This document shows positions 43,459 through 50,774 of a DNA stretch of 50,774 nucleotides, one piece after another. The translations under genes were made by a program, and so were the position numbers. The notes under the pieces are model-generated. The model saw only the letters and a list, made by a program, of their open reading frames with translations. It had not been told where the DNA came from and ran no database searches. Source of the DNA: an uncultured Pseudomonadales bacterium (lineage in GTDB: Bacteria > Patescibacteriota > Microgenomatia > UBA1400 > MFAQ01); the NCBI GenBank assembly GCA_964586045.1, contig CAZPFY010000002.1, positions 5,833-56,606 of the forward strand, in the 5' to 3' direction. The stretch's first letter is position 1. Each line of letters begins with the position of its first letter.

Positions 43459-45201
43459 ATGTATAAGAGATATCTACTAATATTGGTTGTGTTGTTTGTT
43501 TTTTTGAAGACGGTGGTTTTTGCGGAGACGGATTGTGGGAATGACATTGATTGTTTACAAAGACAAGTTACCGAACTAAACAAATCTTTACAAATGAGTG
43601 TGGCGGCAACTAAGCCACTGGAGTCTGAAATTAGCAGATTAAGTAGCAGAATAAAATCGATTCAAAACCAAGTGGACTTGGCGGTTAAAAAACAAAAAGA
43701 AACGGAGCTGGAGATAAAAGAAAGAGGCAAAAAAGTTTCTGACCAGTATTTGGTTTTGGCGGTAAAACTTAGAGAAATGTACAAGAGGCTTCGGTCTCGT
43801 CCCTTATGGGTGAACTTGATTGCCAGTAAGGGTTTGGGAGAAATTCGAAGGGAGATAGCGTACAGGCAAGATAGTAACGATAAAGATAGACAGGTAATTA
43901 TTTCGTTGGTGGAAGAAATTTCTTCGCTGGAAATTGACAAGAAAAAACTGGAAGACCAAAAAATACAGCTTTCAAAGTTACAGACGGAATTGGACAAGCA
44001 AAACAGTTTTTTCTTGGGGGAAGTAAAAAAGGCAAAAGCCTACCAAAGTGATCTTAGTAATAAAATTGCCCAACTTTCGGCCAAACAACAACAGCTTTTG
44101 GCGGAAAAACTGGGTAGTCTTAATTTGTCTACAAGTTTGGGTGGGGGAAATCTTAACTGCACAGATGACAGAAAGCTTGATCCGGGATTTTCTAATGCTT
44201 TTGCTTTTTATACTTATGGAATTCCACATCGAGTGGGTCTAGATCAATATGGGGCGTATGGAAGAGCCAAAGCGGGTCAGTCGGCAGAAGATATTTTGAG
44301 AGCTTATTTTGATAATTTTGAGTTTGTTGGAGGTAAGGAGGGGGAGACAATAAAAGTAAACGGTAAAAATGAATTTGGGCAAGTTTTTAGCAACGAGTCG
44401 ATGAATATCGAAGAATACTTGAAGCATTTATACGAAATGCCATCTTCTTGGGACAACAAAGCTTTGGAGGCGCAAGCAATTGCGGCCAGGTCGTATGCTT
44501 TGTTTGAGCAAAAATCAAAAGGCTTTGTTTATCCAAGCCAAGCTGATCAAGTGGTTAAAAAAGAAATGAACGCTCAGAGTTGGATAAGTGCGGTAGAAGC
44601 TACAAAGGGAAAAATTATTGCACAAGGGGGGCAACCGGTGAAAGCCTGGTATGCGTCGACGGCTGGTGGCTACACCTTTAACTCTGGGGATATTTGGTCG
44701 CGAAATACGTCGTACACAAAAAGACTACGAGACACAACAGGGGATGTTGGGAGTTTTGAAGATTTGAAAAATAAAGCATATGACAGAGAATCGCCATGTT
44801 TTTATTCTGCGCAGGGATGGAGAGCTCAGTACAACAAATCGGCATGGTTAAAACAGGAAGAGGTGGCGGATATTGTGAATGTTTTAAAACTAGCTTTAAA
44901 AGATGGTGGGACGCAAAATCATTTGTCTCAGGTAGATAAACCAAATCCGGACGGAACCGATACCTGGGATGAGGAAAAAGTTAAAGCTGAACTTCGAAGT
45001 AGAGGAGCAAAGCCGTTTAATAATATTTCTAATATAAGTGTGTCGGCAGATTTTGGAGTTGGGAAGACGACAAGTGTGACGGTTACTGGGGACGCAGGAA
45101 CAGAATCTTTTTCGGCTAATGATTTTATAAATTATTTTAATCTTAGAGTTCCGGCTAATATTCAAATCGTGGGTCCACTGTTTAATGTGGAGAGGAGGTA
45201 G
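43459..45201 (+). CDS. Secreted coiled-coil plus SpoIID/LytB-domain protein (putative lytic transglycosylase)
   Basis: Signal peptide, long coiled coil, HRVGLDQYGA, EEYL..L.EMPSSW...ALEAQAIAARSYA, AVEATKG, YASTAGG. Confidence 0.85.
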   Translation: MYKRYLLILVVLFVFLKTVVFAETDCGNDIDCLQRQVTELNKSLQMSVAATKPLESEISRLSSRIKSIQNQVDLAVKKQKETELEIKERGKKVSDQYLVLAVKLREMYKRLRSRPLWVNLIASKGLGEIRREIAYRQDSNDKDRQVIISLVEEISSLEIDKKKLEDQKIQLSKLQTELDKQNSFFLGEVKKAKAYQSDLSNKIAQLSAKQQQLLAEKLGSLNLSTSLGGGNLNCTDDRKLDPGFSNAFAFYTYGIPHRVGLDQYGAYGRAKAGQSAEDILRAYFDNFEFVGGKEGETIKVNGKNEFGQVFSNESMNIEEYLKHLYEMPSSWDNKALEAQAIAARSYALFEQKSKGFVYPSQADQVVKKEMNAQSWISAVEATKGKIIAQGGQPVKAWYASTAGGYTFNSGDIWSRNTSYTKRLRDTTGDVGSFEDLKNKAYDRESPCFYSAQGWRAQYNKSAWLKQEEVADIVNVLKLALKDGGTQNHLSQVDKPNPDGTDTWDEEKVKAELRSRGAKPFNNISNISVSADFGVGKTTSVTVTGDAGTESFSANDFINYFNLRVPANIQIVGPLFNVERR

Positions 45202-45224
45202 GTGGGTTTGGTACAATATATGTA

Positions 45225-45872
45225 ATGGCGGAGATATTTAAGACCAAGGAGAAGGAGTCTGAACAAATTCAGAGATTGTTGGGAGATAGTTTTTCTAGGA
45301 GCTTGTGGAGTTCCTTTGTGGTAAACCCTGACAAACTTCGGTTTCAATCTCAACACGACCAAGAAGAAGTTATCTTGTTGGGTCGCAGACATCCCATTAC
45401 GAATTTGGGTTGGATGAGCTTGGTGGCTGTTGCGTTGGTGGTTCCTATGTTTTGGATGGAGTTTCCTTTTTTTGCTGTTCTTACCGAAGTTACCATTACG
45501 AAAGTTACAATTCTTTGGTATCTAAGTTTAATTTTTTATGTAATTTTGAATTTTTTGTTGTGGTTTTACAACGTTTATATTGTTAGTGATGAGCGATTGA
45601 TAGATGTGGACTTTACCGGTCTTTTGAACAAAACAGTAAATATTGCTGAACTGGGCAAGCTGGAGGATGTCAATTATAGTCAAAACGGTTTAATGGATAG
45701 CTTGTTCAACATGGGGGATGTAATTGTTCAGACGGCATCAGAACAAAAAACACAGGATGCTTCTGGTGAGCTATCGGCTTTTACTTTTGAGCAGATAGCA
45801 AATCCAGATAAAGTGGCTCAAGTAATTTCGCAGTTAATAGATAACGAACAAGAGGAGGATAAAAGAAGATAA
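45225..45872 (+). CDS. Membrane protein with a bacterial PH-like (bPH_2) domain
   Basis: F.SQ...EEVIL..RRHP, two TM helices, YIVSDERLIDVD, KLEDV, FNMGDVIVQTA. Confidence 0.75.
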   Translation: MAEIFKTKEKESEQIQRLLGDSFSRSLWSSFVVNPDKLRFQSQHDQEEVILLGRRHPITNLGWMSLVAVALVVPMFWMEFPFFAVLTEVTITKVTILWYLSLIFYVILNFLLWFYNVYIVSDERLIDVDFTGLLNKTVNIAELGKLEDVNYSQNGLMDSLFNMGDVIVQTASEQKTQDASGELSAFTFEQIANPDKVAQVISQLIDNEQEEDKRR

Positions 45873-45873
45873 T

Positions 45874-46089
45874 ATGGATCTTACAAATATAAACATCTTT
45901 GATTTTATAGTAAGCACAATGGTTACAATTTCCCTTTTGTTGCTTTGTGTTTTGTCGTTAATTATGGTTCGTCAAGCGGGCTTAATGAATAAAGTTGTGA
46001 ACTATCCAATAGGAGGGAGTTTAAAAGTGTTAGTTTGGGGATTTTGTATTCTTTGTATAGCGATCACTGGTATAGTTATTGTAGTGTGA
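45874..46089 (+). CDS. Small two-TM membrane protein (DUF5657-like)
   Basis: 71 aa; SLIMVRQ..LMNKVV motif between the TM helices; operonic spacing. Confidence 0.6.
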   Translation: MDLTNINIFDFIVSTMVTISLLLLCVLSLIMVRQAGLMNKVVNYPIGGSLKVLVWGFCILCIAITGIVIVV

Positions 46090-47978
46090 ATAATGGTTTT
46101 GGAATAAATTTTTTAAGATATATTTGTGAGGAAGATGCCAGTTCTTGGTCTCAGATTTTTGCTAGATTGCCGTTTGATGAAGCTGAGCTGAAGCAAAAAG
46201 GAGCATTGTTTGGGCTAATAAAAAATGATGTTAAGGAAAACTGGGCTGAGGTAGAGATGGAAATAACGAATTGGGTGGAAGAGTATTTTAATGGAGTGGA
46301 GGTGGGTGGAAACCTGGCGGATTTTTTTGGAAAGTTTGATGATAAATACGACGATTTTGAGAGTTTGTGGGTTTGGATAACCATGGAGGGTTTGGAAAGA
46401 AAAATAAAAATTGTAGGTAAGGGTGGGGTAAAAATTGTTATTTGTAGAAAAGAGACAAAAATAAATTTAAGTGAAAACTTAAAAAGAGGAAAGGTGATCT
46501 CTGGAGATATTGGTGTTGGTGATGAGATTAGAATGTGGTTGGGGGCATTAAGTGATGATTTTGAAACTTGGGACGGAGAAGTTGCTAATCAACTAAGTTG
46601 TTTTTCAGCGTTTAAAATTACAATTGGAGAGATGAATCAGCCTGTGGTCGAAAGTGATGGTTCGCAAATAACAGAGGAGGCTGGAGATAGTTTAGAAGTT
46701 GTCGACGAACCACAGGTAGAGGTGGTTCCCGCAAAAGTAGAGAGTGGTAGTAATGGTATAGAAGAAGTAAAAATTTTTGAAAATGAGAGTTTGGCGACGG
46801 ACAAGATTGTTGGGAAATTAACGTTTATTTTGAAGATTAAAAATTGGCTGAGAAGAAGAAATTTTGAAAAAGTTGACCGATCTGTTATGGCAGACAAGCG
46901 AAAAAAGTTTTCTCTCGTTTTGGGTGGTGTGTTTTTGGTTTTACTAGGTTTGAGTTTGGTTTTTGGAGGATTACAGAAGAAGAGTAATGAGTATGAAAAG
47001 AAGTGGTTAAGTTTTTCGGAGCCAATTGAAAAAAATATAAGTGAGGCGGTTGGCCTTGGGAAGTTAAATCCTGGAGGGTCCAGGAAGTTAATTGAAGACG
47101 CGAGGACTTCTTTTGAACAAAAAAAGACTGAGTTTGGAGACGAAAAATATAAAGAAAAAGTTATCAGCCTTGGTAAAAAAATTGATGAAGCTTGGGTGAG
47201 TGTTTCGGGAGAAAAAAGCGGAAATCTGACAGAAGCGGTTAACTTGGATCTCATACGGGCAGGGGTTAATGCTAGCAGGGTAAGCTACGTGAGCGGAGAA
47301 AAACTGGTAGTTATTAGTTCTTTGTCTGGATTGGTTATGTCGGTTGACACAAAAGAGAAAGAAGTTAAGGTCGTCGCGGGTAAGGGAGCGGGTTTGGGAT
47401 GGATAGATGCGGTTTCGGATGGACGTAAAGTTTTTGTAATGAATAAAGGAGGGTTGTTTACTGCGGGGAATGAGTTATCACCCTTGGCGTTTGATACGGC
47501 GATAACAGATCCGATTGCCATGTCGCGATTTGGAGCTAATCTGTATGTGTTGGAAAAAGGGAACAAAGAAATTTTTAAATTTTTGATAGGTGAAAGTGGT
47601 TTTGGAGAGAGAGCAAGGTGGTTAAAGGAGGGGCAGGCAATCTCTGACATCCCAGTAGATATGGATATTGACGTTGACGTTTGGGTACTGGAAGAAAAAA
47701 ATCAAATAGAAAGATTTAGGAGGGGGGTGCGGGAACCCTTTGGTTTGCGAGGTCTGCCACAAGGGAAGGTTTTTGAGAAGATTTCGGTAGAAAAAAATGG
47801 AGACAGAATTGCTTTGCTAAGCTCTAGTTCTGGCCTGGTAGTGTATTGCAGTAAGTTAAGTGGAAGTTGTGAACAGCAGGTTTTATCGGATAAATTGAAG
47901 GAGGCAAGGGATGTTGAGTTTAACGAGGCAAATGTTTTGATGGTGTTGTTGCCAGGTTCTGTTGGAGTGTTAAACTAG
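46086..47978 (+). CDS. Bitopic membrane protein with a C-terminal beta-propeller-like domain
   Basis: GTGA overlap with the upstream stop; central TM; repeated NLYVL / DVWVL / RIALL strand motifs. Confidence 0.65.
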   Translation: MNNGFGINFLRYICEEDASSWSQIFARLPFDEAELKQKGALFGLIKNDVKENWAEVEMEITNWVEEYFNGVEVGGNLADFFGKFDDKYDDFESLWVWITMEGLERKIKIVGKGGVKIVICRKETKINLSENLKRGKVISGDIGVGDEIRMWLGALSDDFETWDGEVANQLSCFSAFKITIGEMNQPVVESDGSQITEEAGDSLEVVDEPQVEVVPAKVESGSNGIEEVKIFENESLATDKIVGKLTFILKIKNWLRRRNFEKVDRSVMADKRKKFSLVLGGVFLVLLGLSLVFGGLQKKSNEYEKKWLSFSEPIEKNISEAVGLGKLNPGGSRKLIEDARTSFEQKKTEFGDEKYKEKVISLGKKIDEAWVSVSGEKSGNLTEAVNLDLIRAGVNASRVSYVSGEKLVVISSLSGLVMSVDTKEKEVKVVAGKGAGLGWIDAVSDGRKVFVMNKGGLFTAGNELSPLAFDTAITDPIAMSRFGANLYVLEKGNKEIFKFLIGESGFGERARWLKEGQAISDIPVDMDIDVDVWVLEEKNQIERFRRGVREPFGLRGLPQGKVFEKISVEKNGDRIALLSSSSGLVVYCSKLSGSCEQQVLSDKLKEARDVEFNEANVLMVLLPGSVGVLN

Positions 47979-47982
47979 AGTC

Positions 47983-48420
47983 GTGTCACTTGTAAACAAA
48001 AAAGCCAGATTTGATTATGAGATTATAGAGTCTTACGAGGCTGGTATTGTGCTGACCGGAGCTGAAGTTAAATCTGTTCGTTCTGGAGGGGTTAATTTTG
48101 CGGGAGCAAGGGTGGTATTTGATGAAGGGGAGGCAAAAATAATTGGGCTTAACATTTTGAAATATAAGTTTGATTCGGCAGAAAACTATGAGCTAAGCCG
48201 AGCCAAAAAAGTATTGCTTCACAAGAAGGAAATCCTAGAAATTCATACCAAAATGAGATCGGCTGGATTGACTTTGGTGCCTGTGAAGCTGTATAATAAG
48301 GGTAGTCTCGTAAAGGTTCAAATAGCTTTGGTTAGAGGTAAGAAAAAATACGAAAAAAGAGAAGCTATAAAGAAAAGGGATGTTGAGGCCGGGTTAGCGA
48401 GAAGATTAAAAAGTAACTAG
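47983..48420 (+). CDS. smpB: SsrA-binding protein SmpB
   Basis: NKKARFDYEI...EAGIVLTGAEVKS, LLHKKEI, GLTLVP, RGKKKYEKRE. Confidence 0.97.
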   Translation: MSLVNKKARFDYEIIESYEAGIVLTGAEVKSVRSGGVNFAGARVVFDEGEAKIIGLNILKYKFDSAENYELSRAKKVLLHKKEILEIHTKMRSAGLTLVPVKLYNKGSLVKVQIALVRGKKKYEKREAIKKRDVEAGLARRLKSN

Positions 48421-48437
48421 CTGAAAGGCAAAATAAT

Positions 48438-48680
48438 ATGGACATTTTTTGGTCGAAAATAATGCCAACCTGTGTGTTGCAATTTCCTTGGGGAAGAGAA
48501 TTTAGTGCCAAAATGAGTGTAAAAAAATGGGAAGATAACATTGCTGTTAAGGTGGAAAAAATGACAGACGATGAATTTGATTTATTCCTTTCGGCTGTTG
48601 TTATGCAGTCTAGTAAGGATCAAATGATGGGAGTAGCTTTGACGGAAAAAATTCAATTTTTTAGAAGCCTGAGGAAGTAG
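48438..48680 (+). CDS. Small hypothetical protein (start uncertain)
   Basis: 80-aa ORF filling the gap after smpB. Confidence 0.5.
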   Translation: MDIFWSKIMPTCVLQFPWGREFSAKMSVKKWEDNIAVKVEKMTDDEFDLFLSAVVMQSSKDQMMGVALTEKIQFFRSLRK

Positions 48681-48682
48681 TT

Positions 48683-49771
48683 TTATTTGAACAGGGGGTA
48701 AATGTAATTTTCTAGTTCCATTTTGTTAATCTCTGGCATATTGTCCCCAAGAAATATCACCCCTCTTGATTTTTTTGTAATTTTTTGAAATATATAGGTT
48801 TGATTTTTTGATAGACCAAATGATTTATGGCACGCAAAAATATCAGGATCTATTTGCCACAGCTCTTTTGTTTCAGCTCTATTGTGAAAATTATTTATTA
48901 GTTGGCGAAGCCTCATTTTGTGAACTAATTGATTTAACGGATACGTGTTTTTTAAAGGGGGGAGTAAAACATCGTCGCTTATTCTCATAGAGTTGACTAA
49001 ACCGGCTGCTGGCTTCAGCGGACACCCACAAGCCATAATATAGATGTTTTTGTTGATATTTCTTATGTCCTTGAGAAGCTTTGATAATAGTTTATCGGGA
49101 GCAGATTGGTTTGAATATTTTGGATAAAAATGACCAGCGTACAAAAAATCAACCTTGAGGAGGCTTACTTTCCAATCATTAATTATTGTTTTGAAGCAAT
49201 TGAGAATATATGCATATGCATCATCCAATTCTAAATTAAGAATATATTTTTTGTCAGGCAACAGAAAGTCAAAAAAGTAATTTTTTTTTCCGTTTGGATA
49301 AAATCCAAGTCTATTTTTTATAAACCAATCTGGGTGTTTTTTAAAAAGTTCAGATTTTGGATCGGCTAAAAAAGGAGCAACCCACAAGCCAGTTTTAAAG
49401 CCCAACTCTGAGTTTTTTTGAACAGTTTGTTTCAATCCGTTGGGGAACTTATTTAAGTTTGTTATATTCCAGTCTCCCCACGTGGTCCAACCATCATCTA
49501 TTTGAATGTATTCTATTGGTGCCTCTTTTTTATGGTTAGCGAACCATTGGGCAATTGATAGTAGATATTTTTCGGTTACTTTTGTTCCTGTAGATGGCCA
49601 AGAACTCCAGCCGTAAATTGGTTTGTTGGGGAGGGAGTGATGATTGTTGGTTGCAACAGAATCTGTCTCGTCAAAAGGAGAGTAATTTCTGATTCTTTTT
49701 AGAAAATATTTTTTATGGTTGGTATTGCTCCAAGATTGCCATCCCTTGAGGATTATTTTATTATTTTTCAT
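48683..49771 (-). CDS. Alpha-galactosidase-like glycoside hydrolase (GH36/GH27 clan D catalytic barrel)
   Basis: GWSSW, IQIDDGW, KFPNGLK, GLWVAP, LKVDF (nucleophile), MRISDD (acid/base). Confidence 0.85.
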   Translation of the reverse strand: MKNNKIILKGWQSWSNTNHKKYFLKRIRNYSPFDETDSVATNNHHSLPNKPIYGWSSWPSTGTKVTEKYLLSIAQWFANHKKEAPIEYIQIDDGWTTWGDWNITNLNKFPNGLKQTVQKNSELGFKTGLWVAPFLADPKSELFKKHPDWFIKNRLGFYPNGKKNYFFDFLLPDKKYILNLELDDAYAYILNCFKTIINDWKVSLLKVDFLYAGHFYPKYSNQSAPDKLLSKLLKDIRNINKNIYIMACGCPLKPAAGLVNSMRISDDVLLPPLKNTYPLNQLVHKMRLRQLINNFHNRAETKELWQIDPDIFACHKSFGLSKNQTYIFQKITKKSRGVIFLGDNMPEINKMELENYIYPLFK

Positions 49772-49804
49772 GGGTTACTGTTTTGAGTATATCAAGGAGA
49801 AGTA

Positions 49805-49838
49805 ATAAAAAAGCCTCCACAAGGGAGACTTTTTTTAT
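49805..49838 (-). terminator. Intrinsic terminator just downstream of the tmRNA-like 3' end
   Basis: - strand AGTCTCC-CTTGT-GGAGGCT followed by TTTTT. Confidence 0.7.
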
Positions 49839-49840
49839 AT

Positions 49841-49868
49841 GTGGAGACGGGGCGCCACTTCTTGAACC
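49841..49868 (-). mobile_element. Putative att junction: displaced 3' end of tmRNA (or tRNA-Ala) marking the left edge of an integrated element
   Basis: - strand GGTTCAA-gaagtggcg-CCCCGTCTCCAC is an acceptor-stem 3' strand with the Ala identity pattern and a disrupted T arm; 1.4 kb from smpB. Confidence 0.5.
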
Positions 49869-50259
49869 GTTCCTGTTGTCTCTCATTTCTTCGGTGAATG
49901 ATAACTGGCACTTGGAAAATGACAACCGTTGGCTTTTGCTTCCACCCGAAAAAAGCGATAGTCTTTCTTCGTATAATAGTTATAGTGACTATAAATACTA
50001 AACCTAAGCAATTACCCAAACCAAAAGAAGTTGTGCTTGTTCGTCAGCCACGAATTAGAATACTTGATGACGGCTACGACTCGGGTATCTCAGGTTTTGT
50101 CAGTTCCCTTCAATCAGTCAATCTCAACGCTCCCGAAGCCTCACAAAATGCTCATTCCATAAGCGACAACCGAGGCGGAAGAATAGAGCTTGGCTTGGAG
50201 AATTACATAAAGAAGTAAGACCTTGAACCTTGTAAGACGGAGGTCAGACAAGCAATAAA

Positions 50260-50655
50260 ATGGACGAAGAAACCGACATTATTTTCCGAAAGGTGGAGCC
50301 TTTCTTGAAGTGCGGTCTGAGCCTCTACAAAGCCTGCTTACAGGCTCAAATACCCAAAAGCACAGCATATGACCTATATAGGAATAACAAGTCATTCTCG
50401 GAAAGAATAGACACTAGTAGAAATTACTACTCCGTGCTTGTAACAAAGCAAGACCGAGGCAAGAAATTACAACCGTTGGAAGTTAGGCTCGTTCAGTGGA
50501 TAGCCACAAATAGCCGTGCTCTCAAGGGTGAGTATGGGGACGAGCCTGAGAAGCTAGATGATGAGCTTAAAGAGGACGATGCCATCACCCTGCTTCAAAA
50601 GATAATCAATGACTGCTCTGGGAGAAACCAGCCAGAAGAGACTGCTGATATATAA
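50260..50655 (+). CDS. Hypothetical HTH-like protein, reminiscent of phage terminase small-subunit N-termini
   Basis: GLSLYKACLQAQIPKSTAYD...F.ERI HTH-like pattern; lies inside the putative island. Confidence 0.5.
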   Translation: MDEETDIIFRKVEPFLKCGLSLYKACLQAQIPKSTAYDLYRNNKSFSERIDTSRNYYSVLVTKQDRGKKLQPLEVRLVQWIATNSRALKGEYGDEPEKLDDELKEDDAITLLQKIINDCSGRNQPEETADI

Positions 50656-50774
50656 TTTATCAATGATAGAAGTCAATCAAAATCTAGAAGTATATTTAAC
50701 CCCAGAAGCTGAAGCTGAGTGTCAAGTACCCGTTTCTTTGAACACTTTGTGAACGACTAAGTTGTTTTTAAACT

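Noticed and set aside
894-48990. The many 60-205 aa ORFs antisense to or nested in long genes (e.g. 13635..14069, 15108..15701, 26780..27247, 37121..37459, 46637..47254)
   Set aside because: Shadow frames of well-supported genes, with no motifs or start signals
49783-50218. ORFs 49783..50001, 49792..50019 and 49898..50218 as real genes
   Set aside because: They overlap each other, two of them span the terminator and att-like junction, and none has a recognisable motif
49841-50774. A complete tRNA or tmRNA gene
   Set aside because: Only a 3' acceptor-strand-like fragment was found; I could not build a matching 5' end or cloverleaf by eye
1-50774. Alternative genetic code (UGA read as Gly, as in Gracilibacteria/Absconditabacteria)
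   Set aside because: Conserved genes are full length under the standard code, and TGA ends genes at plausible positions (e.g. 40538, 46089)

Overview
This window looks like the dnaA region of a small-genome bacterium using the standard genetic code. Gene content and style point to Patescibacteria/CPR, probably Microgenomates-like; that placement is inference. It carries the canonical jag-yidC-yidD-rnpA-rpmH / dnaA-oriC-dnaN cluster and the housekeeping genes tsaD, valS, rplY, rnhA, uppS, a polyprenyl synthase and smpB. Directly after dnaN lies a ~26 kb minus-strand type IV secretion-like locus: VirB4-like ATPase, PrgI-like protein, VirB6-like membrane protein, an M23 peptidase fusion, a Cys-rich lysozyme-like protein and nine VirB2-like pilin paralogs. 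The locus is interrupted by toxin-antitoxin pairs, two large acidic opposite-strand proteins and isoprenoid genes. Signals the gene list does not explain: (1) + strand G>C skew does not appear to flip at the dnaA-dnaN origin, and three unrelated short repeat families keep one orientation on both sides of it; (2) these repeats sit in frame inside essential genes; (3) an exact 39-bp duplication of the VirB6-like gene's promoter and start flanks a toxin-antitoxin cassette; (4) promoter architecture is largely leaderless; (5) a tmRNA-like 3' fragment near smpB probably marks the edge of an integrated element. All counts were made by eye.
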